64,000 nt of DNA from NCBI GenBank assembly GCA_013239625.1, contig MU053994.1, positions 2,981,589 to 3,045,588 on the forward strand, written 5' to 3'. Both the position numbers and the translations under genes were made by a program. Position 1 is the first letter of the stretch. Each line of letters starts with the position of its first letter. Under the pieces are notes generated by a model that was given only the letters and a program-made list of their open reading frames with translations, was not told the DNA's origin and did no database searches. This DNA is from Lama guanicoe (taxonomy: Eukaryota). Of the stretch, positions 51,710-64,000 are shown in pieces.

Positions 51710-51909
51710 AATGCACATGATTAACTGGTTCCATCAAGACTGTGCACCCAGGCCTTACAGTCCAACCTTTTTCTGTGTCTGGCTAATATTTAAAACTAGA
51801 AAAACTATTCCTAATCAACATGGAGTGGAGAGTTTATTCACTGTCTTACCTGCAGAAATTTGCTGTCAATATATAACCCGCCTGCAGTGGAAAGTGTATA
51901 GTGTTTTGT

Positions 51910-51915
51910 AATAAA
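51910..51915 (+). terminator. Candidate proximal polyadenylation signal
   Basis: AATAAA 200 nt after the stop, with upstream TGTA at 51895 and 51907. Confidence 0.45.
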
Positions 51916-54900
51916 TGGCCTGATGCTAATGTGTAAATGGCAAAGGTGTATATAGTATATTAATGTTTGACTGTTAATTCTTAAGCAAGAAACTTTTTTC
52001 TTGACGAGACTCACAGATCTACAAAAACTACAAAAGGTAATTCTCTTGTTATACCCATTGCACTCTGCAACCAGTGTTGCCTGCCTCACGGCAGTTGGAT
52101 CAACTCCTTTACAAAAACAAAAAATAAGTCAACAGCGACAAAACAGAGCCCATCCATGTCAGCCACACCAATAGTTTCATGTTAATTCTTTGCCACTGGA
52201 GTCAGTTTTGTTATGAGCAATGTAAGGCTGGTGACCTTTAAATTATTTGGTTGATATGGAAAATTGGTGATGTAACATTGTTTCTAGAACTTTTTCATTG
52301 CCTTTTTATTCTGATGTTAGGTTAATCACTTTGAAGCTATAGTTATGCTGTAACATTTAGCATGGCTTCACACCAGGTTAGTGTAGCCAATGAGGAAAAA
52401 ATTACCATAATGACAGCAGTTGTCCCAGTGTGACAGCTGTTATTGCTCAGAGCTTTTCCTTCTTACACCTAGAATATAAAATATAAAACAAGGGGAGAAA
52501 TGTGATAAACAGGTGGTTTTCAGTTATACATATGTTGCTTACATTTAATGTTTGACAGTTCAATCTCTGGGTGGGATAAAGAAACTTAAGTATCAGTAAC
52601 GGAAATTTTAAAAGATTTAAAAACAAATATGCAAAAATTTGCTATGCCAGGATGCTTGGAGCATAATAGAAGACTGTATTTGGTGTGCTTGTTTTGTTTC
52701 TTTGGTAGAGCTTCCTAGGTGAATCTTCTAAAACTTTCCTTCCGCTGGACCCCAGAGAAGTGGAAGTTGTCAGAACCCCACAAGTACTTGGAGTGCCGCT
52801 GCGCCGCCATGTCTGGCTGAGCTGCTTGGTCAGCTTTACTTGAAAGCAAGAATTGTCCTAGCTCCTTTTCCATTATTCCAAAACTTTTATCGTTTGAAAA
52901 GCAGGGTCTAATTAAAAAGGAAACTACTGGTTAGTTAATACAGTTGAGGTATCATAATTTCAGAATAAACATTGAATTAAAGATAAGGAATTCATCAGTT
53001 AATACTGTATTTAAAAGAGAATTGGTAACTTGAATGTGTGTAATTTTTTTTGGAAACTGTCTAAAAACCAAATATCCCTGCAAACAGATACAGTCCACCC
53101 TATTCTATTTAAATATTTTGCTGTTTTATTTTATAGAAATTATTTTGCTGAATTCACAAATAGAATTTGATTTAAGAAGAACTTTTTGTCCTGTGGTGTG
53201 TTTTGGGTTTTTTTGTTTCTTGGTTTTTTTGGTTACTTTTTTGTCCTTTTTTTTTTTTAACTGAATTCAGGAGTTCAGTCACTTTGAGTTTTTGTGCACA
53301 GAAGGATTTGACCTTTGGCCCTTTACTAAAGATTTAGAGAAAAACAGGATGTTGACACTGTAAAAGTTTCCTAACATAATCAATCTTGTACTTTTTGTAT
53401 GTTTTTTATATACATGTATATTTAATGAGCACAAGCTTGGTTGTATTTTTTACAATTCAGTTAACAGGAAAATGTTTTGTCAAAAAGGCTATAGTTGGAA
53501 TTGAACAAAGCAGAAACAAAATTGGGAACTGAGTTATTTTGTGACTAAAAGGGGGCAGGTATTTAAGATAAAGCTTTGGGTGTCTTTATTTGCAGTACTC
53601 TGTAGTCAATCTGTGCTTCTAGGTTTTCTGTAATATTAGGAAATTTTGACACCAGATAGATCCTGTTTTTACCTTAAGTATATTACATCTGAATTTGTTA
53701 AGTGTTAGCGAAAGTCATACTGTCTGCAATTCCAATTGGTAATTTTGATTTAAAAGTTCCTCGATTCCAAGCTTCCTTAATGAGCAAAATAGATTAAATT
53801 TATTTGGACAAGTTGCTATTAAATATACCATCTCACCTTCTGAGGTGATTTTTGTATTTTCTGCTCCTTAACAAAAGTATGTAACATACTTAATTTAAAA
53901 ACTAATGACTTCCTAGACATGAAAAACTTGACATTTTAAAAGGCTGTGAATTTTTCTCCTTGGAGGGAGATCCCACCTTGGTTGCTTTGAATTTACAAGT
54001 CCCCAGTGCCAGGTGAGGAGGGCTTGTGAATCCTTTCCCCCTCCGGTTGAGGAAGTGGTCTGATGTGACCAGGATCTAGGGAAAGTGAATGGAGAGAGTT
54101 ATTTTTGTTTGTTTGTGCAAATTATTTTCTATATTTAACTCTTAAGCAAGCATTAATGTATAACCGAAAATTTTAAGATGCATGTTATTGTAAGAGCAAC
54201 ATAGTGGTGATTTTGAGGTCTTTTTCTGAACATAAATGGCACATTTTAAACTTCAAGTCTTCAAAGTGCCTAAAGATTATTTAATTCTCCCTCAACTGAT
54301 TTCTTGAGCCATATATATATTTCCTACTTTAACTGTTTGTTGCAGAATCACTAGTCTTCCTTTCAAAGAGGAACCCCCCAGAATTCTAAATGGCATGATT
54401 TCTTTATAGAAGACAGTAGAATGTGTTAACATAAAGACTGAAGATATTTTTGTTGTTAATCTGTGTGAACAAGGGCTCTGCCCTATTGGATCTTAAGTAT
54501 TTCAGTGCACAACTTGGTTCAAAAAAACAAACCACATTGCTGCTGTTTCAAAGCCCTCCGCCAACCAAATTTTCACTTTCAGCATTGTAGAGGCAGAAAC
54601 AAGAACATAATCAGATTTGGGGTTTCTGTCTTTCGTTGATTTTCTCTCAATGATAACTTCCCAACTTGTCTCTCTTAGCTGTTATGTATACAAATTTAGA
54701 ATTATTAAAATGTTTTATATTTTTTTCATGATTAACTTTTATTAGTGAGTGAGAACAACTTAATTATTTAATCCTAATAGTGATTTAAAAAGATGAGGAG
54801 CCTTTTTTATTTGAATTAACATTTGTAAATGAATGCAACGGTCTGTGAATATTCAGATGACCACCCCGAAACAGTTCCTTTCAGTTTTCTCTTAGTGTTT

Positions 54901-56017
54901 TTCCAGCACATGTTCCCCCATGAACTCTTCGCTGAATTTAGTAGTTAATTTGGTGGATATATCCTGCCTTATTTAGAATTATAACTGGATAAGAGAATTG
55001 CCTTTTCATTATAAGTGCCCAGTTTTGGTCTCTAGTTTGAAGGTACTACATACATACTGCCGAGAAAGGAAAACGCCACTCCCCTTCTCCCAGGTTTTAT
55101 GTTACTGAGGAAAAAACCCATTCAGTACTGGTTTCTTTGTAGTGGGGCTCAACCAAACTTGGTCCTGCACCTATGTGAGTGTTTAGTGTTTGAAAATAAG
55201 GTTTTGGGTGTGATAAGTCACTACAGAAGTGCTAAATGTATTAAGAACTTGCTGCCGACTGTGTTTATGATGATTATTTTACGTTTGTAGAAATGTAGCC
55301 CTTTTCCTCCAAACTTAAAGGTGTAAGCAAACGGGGGGAAGGTGCACCATGTTTTAAATTTGGAAATGAATGAATTTTTTCATTTTGAAATTCAGATTCC
55401 CAAAAGGAAATTTCACCACCCAGATCATATATTTCTCAGCCTTTTACAAGCCAACAGACTGACTGAAGATTGTCCACAGTTCCTAAGATTTAGCACATAT
55501 ACAAAAATAAAACTTTATAAATTAAATTTCGGTTTTCCCTTTTATTTATTAAGATAAGGTTTCTAAACGGAAGGTAAAATAGAGGTGTAATAGATTTAAA
55601 GGAAACTTTAAAAGGGAAATGTTTACAAGTAGAGGAATTTGGCCCTCTTTTTGTATATTCACATCTGAGCCATTCAAAACTGGAATTGTGACCTAATTGC
55701 TGATTTGATGGTTCATTCTCAGACCAAGATTTGGCAAACAAACACTTTTGGTGTTTCAGAATTCATTTAAATCAGAAACAAAGCAGATCACATATCTGAG
55801 GGGAGTTCTAGAAGTGAAAATTTATTTAATTCTCTAGGAAATTCCATCTGCTCTGCTTTTTAAATCAGAAAAGTTTGTTGCCATGTTCCAAAGAAATGTG
55901 ACTTCCTTAGAAACCTGTTGATGCTTCCCTGAAGTTCAGTTACTCCAAGGATTACTGCCTGAGAGACATATCCCTGATTTTCAGCAGATTGTTTTCTAAA
56001 AATAGAACCAGACGATT

Positions 56018-56023
56018 AATAAA
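56018..56023 (+). terminator. Candidate distal polyadenylation signal
   Basis: AATAAA followed by a GT/T-rich stretch (ctcgtgttctgcagttt). Confidence 0.45.
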
Positions 56024-57716
56024 CTCGTGTTCTGCAGTTTGGAAAACTCCAGTCACGTTAAACCTTTTGAATTTTAAAATCCAAAGTATTTTTACCTACT
56101 TCATGAACACACCTAACTGAATGAAAATATATATAGACACCAATATTTTGAAGTGCTTCATTGTAATTTACAGGTAGGTAAAAAACTGACAGGTTTTTGT
56201 CTCTACGTCAATGTTTAAAGTTGAGGTTACATAAAAGGTTTTAGTAACATTTTCTTTAGAATGTAAAGTCTCAAGGGAAATGTTCTTAAACCACACTAAA
56301 GCTTTGTTCCACAAAACAACAGACCCACAGAAAAATCAGTTGGTTATTTTGAAGGCATTCTACTTAAGTGTACAGAAGAATAAAATGGGAATACTTGCTG
56401 TCATCCGAAAACAGATGGGGTCATCTCATACTCCAGCAACATTAGGATATACTGCATTTCATCAAAGATGCAAGATCACTCACTTCCAGGGATGTCAAAA
56501 TGTGGGGCATCCCATTTGGTAGTAATCCATGTCATGGCAAATGCCTTTTTTACATCTAGAAATAGAAGTTTTTCCTTTCAATGGGCTTTTCTCGAGTTGT
56601 TTATTTTTCTATTAACCTACTGAAACAGAAACCCTATTTTTATGTGTAATTCTTGGCAGAAGTGGCCAGTTTACAAGTTTATGAAGAAAATGCTTGATGG
56701 AGCTGAACCTTTTGAGGAGTCAACACTGCCTTGTATTAGCAGTCTTCTGAGACAGTTGTGTTGTGGCCTCCAGTTCCCTTTTCATGCACATGACAATTGA
56801 GACGCCAGGCCGACTTTCTGGCTGCCCCCAATATCCATCAGCTGCCCTTCCTTGAATGCCTTCCCTTTGTCTCCCTCCCGCCCCAAAGGGAGCCTAGTGG
56901 GGGCCACCCTGCAAGGTAGAATTCTATTCATTTCTTTCTCTTCAATGGTATAGATGTAAAAGGAGTCAAAATGGATGCTTTGGACGCTGGGAGTTTTTCC
57001 TTGAGTCCCTTGGAGGGATTCACTTGCAGAAGGATTCAAAAGTGGATTCTTAACAGTTCTCATCTAATTCTTCCCCACCCATTAGTGCACCTTCTTTGGA
57101 ATTCAGAAGTAAAGATAACTTGGGGTCTTAAATCTGGTGCTTTAGGTGGGACCAGGAGAAGGAAGTGTTCAGAATGAAGGTTCAGAACCTCCTTCCCCTC
57201 AGACCTGCCTGAATACTGCCTGCACAGCGGCTCTTAGCGAGGGACAGCATCTGCAGGGTGCCAAGGAAACAGGTCAGCACTGCGGGCTCAGAGTGTGTTG
57301 AGCAAAAGCCCTTCACAATCCATTTTCCTAAGGTCTCTGCGTTTAGGAGGTGTCCCTGAAGGGTTCTTGGTGTGAATGACTGTGTTCTGTTGGGTGTATA
57401 GGAAAACAGATTTTAGAGGCTGTGTTTAAAATCAGAAAGCTAGATGGTGACTGCTTAAAGTTGGTGAGTATCTTCCCTTATTGAAAATATTAATCAGGAG
57501 TACCAGTAATTAGTTCTTTCAGCCATCTACTTTCAGACTGTCTTAAGCATTTAGTATAAAAACTTTCTTAGCAAAACAGGCCTCATGCAGATTCCCAAAA
57601 GGCTATGTTAAGCAGACCTTCCTTAGGATGTCTGACAAGGTCAAAGGCTAAGACCATGCATGTACTAAAGAGGTTTAAAAGCTAAAGCTATGAAGTCAGT
57701 TTTAAATACAAGCCCT

Positions 57717-58566
57717 ATGGCCATCATTCAAAAGTCCACAAATGATAAACGCTGGAGAGGGTGTGGAGAAAAGGGAACCCTCCTACACAGTTGTTAGGAA
57801 TGTAGTTTGGTGCAGCCATTATGGAAAACAGTATAGAGATTCCTCAAAAGACTAAAAGTAGACTTACCATATGATCCAGCAAGCCTCCTACTGGCCATGT
57901 ATCCAGAGGGAACCTTAATTCAAAAAGATACATGCACCCCAATGTTCATAGCAGCATTGTTTACAATAGCCAAGACATGAAAACAACCTACATGGCCATC
58001 GACAGATGACTGGGTAAAGAAGCTGTGGTATATTTATACAATGGAATACTACTCAGCCATAAAAAAGAATAAAATAATGCTATTTGCAGCAACATGGATG
58101 GACCTGGAGATTGTCATTCTAAGTGAAGTAAGCCAGAAAGAGAAAGAAAAATACCATATGATATCACTTATATGTGGAATCTTAAAAAAAAAAAAAAGAC
58201 AAATGAATTTATTTACAAAACAGAAACAGACTCACAGACATAGAAAACAAACTTATGGTTACCAGGGGGAGAAGGGGTGAGAAAGGATAAATTGGGAGTT
58301 CGAGATTTGCAGATACTAACTAATATATATATGTATAATAGATAAACAATACATTCAAAAACAAAAAAACTACATTCATACTGTATAGCACAGGGAACTA
58401 TTCAATGTTGTAACTTATGGTGAAAAAGAATATGAAAACGAATATATGTACGTTCATGTGTGACTAAAGCATTGTGCTGTACACCAGAAATTGACACAAC
58501 ATTGTAGACTGACTATACTTTAATAAAAATATACATATTAATTAATTAAGATAAAATTTGGGGGAA
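57717..58566 (+). mobile_element. L1, 5'-truncated (ORF2 end plus 3'UTR plus A-rich tail)
   Basis: gctggagagggtgtggagaaaagggaaccctcctacac...[32 protein letters not shown]; flanking aagccct at 57710 and 58569. Confidence 0.9.
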
Positions 58567-59183
58567 AAAAGCCCTTAGGTTGTAGGTAGACCTCTATTGC
58601 CCCAAGGTTTCAATTTTTAATTAAAAAGCAAAAACCAAAAATTCAGATTTGCAGTAAATATGAACAGATTTGCCTTTCTAATCTACGGAAGCTTGGTTTA
58701 GTAACTGTCACTAGTAATGTACGTGCTTGGATGCTGGGTTTCTGTTTAGCGCTTATCAACACAGCATTAGACACTGGAAATAGGCTTCTTACACTGAGGT
58801 TAGCAGATACTCCATCCTTTGAGGGAAAACAATCCAACATACTGTTTGGAAGGAGTGCCAGCTGGAGTAGGATGTAGTGTTGAAAATACCTTGCACTCAT
58901 GATAAAATAGAAAAGGCTACAGGATGTCCCTCTCATTGTGTTTTTGTCTTTAGAAAAGCATGGTGCCAAGTAACCAAGAGCAACACTTATATTGTAAGGT
59001 GTCTTTCAGTAATAATTTATCAGTATGAAATTCACACTTCAGTTGTCATTTACTGTGCTTCTGTGATGGGCAGTAATCTACAAAGTCATTTTGAGGCTGA
59101 AGAGTAATAGTTTACATCACAGAGAAGTGAGCTTAACTCTAGAATGTTGACACTGAAATGCCTTCCTTAAAGGCAAAGATGGT

Positions 59184-59257
59184 GGGGAGGGTATACCTAG
59201 GAAGCACAAGATCCTGGGTTCAATCCCCAGCACCTCCATTAAATAATAAATAAAAAG
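59184..59257 (+). mobile_element. tRNA-derived SINE, internally deleted
   Basis: ggggagggtata joined to B-box gggttcaatccccagcacctcca plus A tail; A-box region missing. Confidence 0.78.
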
Positions 59258-60894
59258 TATTTTTTTAAAAGTCGAGAATGAACTGAAAATATAAGGCTAG
59301 ACCCAAAGGAGGCCATAAATAATGTCATATCTGAATCTCCTACGATATACTGAAGTTTGGTGTTAAGTTGGTTTAAAAGCAGTTGTTAAAACTTGACTTT
59401 CTAAATTTGGCTGGTGAATGAGGGAAAAAAAAGGTTTTTTTCTGTTTGTTCTGAATTTGCTTACAGACGTATGCTGTGTTACATTTTGTGTCTAGATTAA
59501 AAGAGGAAATAATAACCCATATTTTAAATCACGCTGCACATCAGCTTCAGCAGCTCTCTGCCGGGCATGGCGTGTGAGCTCCCGGCAAGGAACAGCTTTA
59601 GTTAAGAAGGTGATGTGGGGTTACAGCTTTGAAAACCCAACTATACCTTTTACTTTTTTCTTGGCACCGATTTGAAAATAAGTACATTTTGAAAAGCTAT
59701 ACTGACACATTTCTGGTAGCTCAGGTGAGGAGTTTCTTGCAGCCACTGCTTGGAATTAGAAAAAAAGATGCTAACATGCTCTTCAAAACACACGGGCCCC
59801 TGGGGAAAAGAATGTGGCAACTCATATTTTCAGGAAACAGCAGGATGTCCCCTGACCCAGTGCCACCCCATGTTTCCTTGGCAGCTCCAAAGTAGGGATG
59901 TCACAGGCCCCGGTGGTGACTTCAGTACAACACGAAACAGAAGAGGCGGCCTGTGAGCTGTGTTCTTGCCCAAATAGCAATGCCTACAACTAATAAAACA
60001 GTCTTACCCTGTGTATGGTTCTTAAGTTGGATCTCAACTTACAAATGTTTTCCCCTATTAAAAAAGAAAAAGCTTTTTTATTCATATGAAACGCTACCAT
60101 CCATGGTCATTTTGACTAAAGATTTACCTCCTCATAATGCTTTCTGAAATGGTCTGAATTTCAACTTCACATGGGTAGCCTGGGGGCAGGGGTTTTTCTC
60201 ATTTGCATCTCACTCTGGTCTTTGTTAAAATGAATTTTCATCAGAAGTTAATTTTGCTGTACCAGTCAGTCAGAAATAGTACTTAATACTTGAAACATGT
60301 TATGGGCCCTGCAGGAAGAAATACATGAATCTAAAGAAAGGAGATGACGGTGGTCATTGGAAGCATAAGTTCTTGCGTGAAGTGCACTTCTCACTCAAAC
60401 ACAAACTTCTTTCCATAATGCCTTAAATTGCATTCTGTCCCAGTTGCTCTCTTGATTTGAATATAGGGGATTGAACCCCAACTGTGTCTCTGGAAAGCTC
60501 TGGTCTCTGGTCGCCAAGCGCACAGTCATTAACCCTGTGTAACGCCATTTGTATTCAGTCCAGAGAAACGCTAGGGCAGCACATCCTTGTGGGGGGGTTC
60601 CAGATGTACTCCTGTCTTTTGCAAGAAATTCCAACTTTCTTTACAGACAATCAATGCAGCCTTCATGTTTAAAGAAAGGCAATTAATCAAATCTTTCAGC
60701 TTAGAATTAAAGTTGAAAAATTGTAAGTTTACAAGATTGCCTGTAAATAAAATCTGACACTGAGCTTAGTTACCTGGTTAGATTGAAACAACCCAAAGTG
60801 GTTTGCTTGTGTTGTTGGCTTTTTAGTTGCTTGTTTCCATTTATTTTTTTCTTTAGTATTCAGATTTTGAACATATACACATTTAGGGAATATT

Positions 60895-62930
60895 GTTTTG
60901 TTTGCAAGATGACACGATACAATACATAGAAAATCCTGAAGACATGACCAGCAAAATACTAGAGCTCATCAATGAATTTGGTAAAGTTGCTGGATACAAA
61001 ATTAATATACAGAAATCTGCTGCATTTCTATACACTAACAATGAAACATCAGGAAGAGAAATTAAGGAAACAATCCCACTTATCATCCCATCAAAAAGAA
61101 TAAAATATCTAGGAATAAACCTACCCAAGGAGGCAAAAGACCTGTACTCCAAAAACTGTAAGACAATGATGAAAGAAACTGAAGACAACACAAACAAATG
61201 GAAAGATATACCATGTTCTTGGATTGGAAGAATCAGTGTTGTTAAAATGACCACACTATCCAAGGCAATCTACAGAGTCAATGCAATCCCTATCAAATTA
61301 CCAATGGTGTTTCTCCCTGAACTAGAACAAAAAGTGTTTTAAATGTGTATGGAAACACAAAAGACCCTAAATAGCCAAAACAATCTTGAGAAAGAAGAGT
61401 GGAGCTGGGGGAATCATGCTCCCTGACTTCAGACTATAAACAAAGCTACAGTAATCAAAAGAGTATGGTAGCAGCACAAAAACAGACATATAGATCAATG
61501 GAACAGAATAGAGAGCCCAGAAATAAACCCATACACTCATGGTCAATTAATCTTCGACAAAGGAGACAAAAATATATAATAGAGAAAAGACAGTCTCTTC
61601 AATAAGTGGTACTGGGAAAACTGGACAGCTACATGTAAAAGAATGAAATTAGAACATTCTCTAAAACTATATACAAAAATAAACTCAAAATGGATTAAAA
61701 ACCTAAATCTAAAATTGGATACTCTGAAACTCTTAGAGGAAAAACATAGGCAGAACATTCGTTGACATAAACTGCAGCAATATTTTTTGGATCTATCTCC
61801 TAGAGTAATGAAAAGAAAAACCCAAAAATAAACAAATGGGACCTAATTAAACTTACAAGCTTTTGCAGAGCAAAGGAAACCATAAACAGAACAAAAAGAC
61901 AACCTACGGAATGGAAGAAAATATTTGCAAACAATGCTACCAACAATTTGCAAAATATACAAACAGCTCATACATCTTAATATCAAAAAAACAAACAACC
62001 CAATCAAAAACTGGGCAGAATGCCTAAACAGACTTTTCTCCAAAGAAGACATACCAAAAAGAACATGAAAACACACTCAATATTGCTAATTATTAGAGAA
62101 ATGCAAATCAAAACTAAAACGAGGTATCACACCAGTCAGAACGGCCATCATCAAAAAGTCTACAAATAACAGATGCTGGAGAGGGTGTGGAGAAAAGGAA
62201 CCCTCCTACACTGCTGGTGGGAATGTAGTTTGGTGCAACCTCTATGGAGGACAGTATAGAGGTTCCTTAAAAAACTAAAAATAGACTTACCATATGATCT
62301 AACAATCCCACTCCTGGGCATATATCTAGAGGAAACTAATTTGAAAAGATACATGCACACCAGTGTTCATAGCAGCACTATTTATGATAGCCAAGACATG
62401 GAAGTAACTTAAATGGCAACTGACAGATGACTGGATAGAGAAGCTGTGGTATATTTATACAATGGAATATTACTCAGCCATAGAAAATAATGAAATTATG
62501 CCATTTGCAGTAACATGGATGGACCTAGAGATTATCATACTATGTGAAGTCAGTCAGATAGAGAAAGACAAATGTACATCACTTATATGTGGAATCTAAA
62601 AAAAAATACAAATGAACTTATTTACAAAACAGAAATAACTCACAGACATTGAAAACAAAATTATGGTTACCAAAGGGGAAAGAGGGGGATAAATTAGGAG
62701 TTTGGTATTAGCAGATACAAACTACTGTATATAAAATAGATAAACAACAAGGTCCTACTGTGTAGCACAGGGAACTATATTCAATATCTTGTAATAACCT
62801 ATAGTGGAAAAAACCTTAAAAAGAATATATATATAAATATATTTTTAAACTCACTGAACTAACACAACACTGTAAATCAAATCACTGTAAATCACTGTAC
62901 TTCAATAAATATTTTTTAAATTTTAAAAAA
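60895..62930 (+). mobile_element. L1, 5'-truncated about 2 kb (RT end, ORF2 C-terminus, 3'UTR), disrupted
   Basis: DDTIQYIENPED...LINEFGKVAGYKINIQKS...IKYLGINL...WKDIPCSWIGRI; stops and frameshifts downstream; A-rich tail about 62905-62930. Confidence 0.93.
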
Positions 62931-63924
62931 GGATTAAATTTCCACATGGGCAGATACACACTTAAAAAAAAAAACCCAGTGGTGTAAGTTAACAGTTTGG
63001 GGTGTTGTCCAGGATGAAATATAAAGTATACACAGAATGCCTTTTGCAAGGCAGTGGTGCTTCAAGGCTGGCCCAAGGGCTAACACTGGCCTGGCTGAAC
63101 AAGGAACATCTGGGGAAAAATCCAGCTTCTGGGTCCCACGCCTAGAAACTGGGTTTAGGTGTGACATGCCCAGGAATCTATAACATTGTTTAAAGTTCCA
63201 CATGTAACTTCAGTCAGGTTTGAAGACCATGTCCATAGTGCACTGCTGTTCTTTAAAAAAAAAAGCAGGGGAGGGTAGGTTGCCAAACTTCAAAACTACA
63301 GAGAAGCATACGGACAAATGCAACCCCCAGGTACCTATTACCCGGAATGGGCAATTTTCTACATATTTGCTTCAAGTATTATTTTCATTAAGAGAAATCA
63401 GGTATTATAATGAAGTCCTCATTTCTCCCCCGCCCATGCTCAGCCCCATCCCCTTCCCCGGCTTCAGAAGCCACCAGGGTCGTGACTCAGTATGTTTTTC
63501 AGGCGCAGTTTGTGCCGGTGCCAGGTGGTCAGCGCAGGCAGATCTTACTTAAGGAGCTCCAAGAAAAAAGAAAAGGATTTGGTAAATCCAGGAACACTGA
63601 CAATGTAGTGTGTGAGCAAAACGACCACAGCGCAGTATTTTCTAGGCAAAGGTTCAAAGGAATGGATGGTGTTTTTCCAGACGCGGTCATGGGGTTCTGG
63701 GTTAGAAATGGTTTTCTCCTCCACGGACGTGGGATATGACATGACTACCGATGAAAGGAAGTTTCACAGGCAGAGGTCTGGGGACGTCATTCTGGCTTAT
63801 GATTTAACTCCAATCTGATGCCAACTCAAACAGCCTGCTTGTGGCCTGTCAAACATACGCTGCACATCTGCTTTAGTTGTTAAAGGAAAGGGCACACTGA
63901 CCAGAAGAACGTCCTTGTTAAGAA

Positions 63925-64000
63925 TACAGAAAAAAGACAAATGAACTTACTTATAAAACAGAAACAGACTCCCAGACATAGAAAACAAACTTATGGTGAC
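63925..64000 (+). mobile_element. L1 3' fragment running off the window
   Basis: aaaagacaaatgaacttacttataaaacagaaacagactcccagacatagaaaacaaacttatgg is near-identical to 58195-58260. Confidence 0.85.

Larger units (their letters stand above)
51710..56045 (+). other. USP9X: USP9X 3'UTR (distal end inferred)
   Basis: Follows the stop; AU-rich with no interspersed repeats I could recognise; AATAAA at 51910, 52964, 55506 and 56018. The true cleavage site cannot be read from DNA. Confidence 0.6.

Noticed and set aside
51707..51715. Stop-codon readthrough
   Set aside because: TGA is followed by AATG rather than the CTAG-type leaky context.
60893..61342. 149-aa ORF (and the 122-aa ORF at 14713) as a functional reverse transcriptase gene
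   Set aside because: Truncated, frameshifted L1 ORF2 remnants with damaged FADD motifs.

Overview
Mammalian genomic DNA (AT-rich, CpG-depleted) containing the 3' two-thirds of USP9X, a ubiquitin-specific protease (FAF-X), on the + strand. I traced 30 consecutive GT-AG coding exons from 1067 to the TGA stop at 51707-51709. They splice into one uninterrupted frame of 5680 nt (5728 nt with an alternative donor), with every intron phase matching. By recalled human numbering these are about exons 16-45, and they include the UBL domain and an intact USP catalytic core (Cys box, CxxC pairs, His box). A roughly 4.3 kb 3'UTR and about 8 kb of repeat-rich downstream DNA follow. Introns hold an antisense RPL35A processed pseudogene, L1/L2/MIR/MER fragments and nine copies of a tRNA-Ala(AGC)-derived SINE (a tenth lies downstream) that suggests a camelid genome. 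I found no convincing wholly new gene or system. The best leads are splice-level hypotheses: a candidate 33-nt poison micro-exon, a candidate alternative terminal acceptor giving a different C-terminus, and a SINE inserted inside an exon's splice-acceptor region. Repeat subfamily names and comparisons with human come from memory and need database confirmation.
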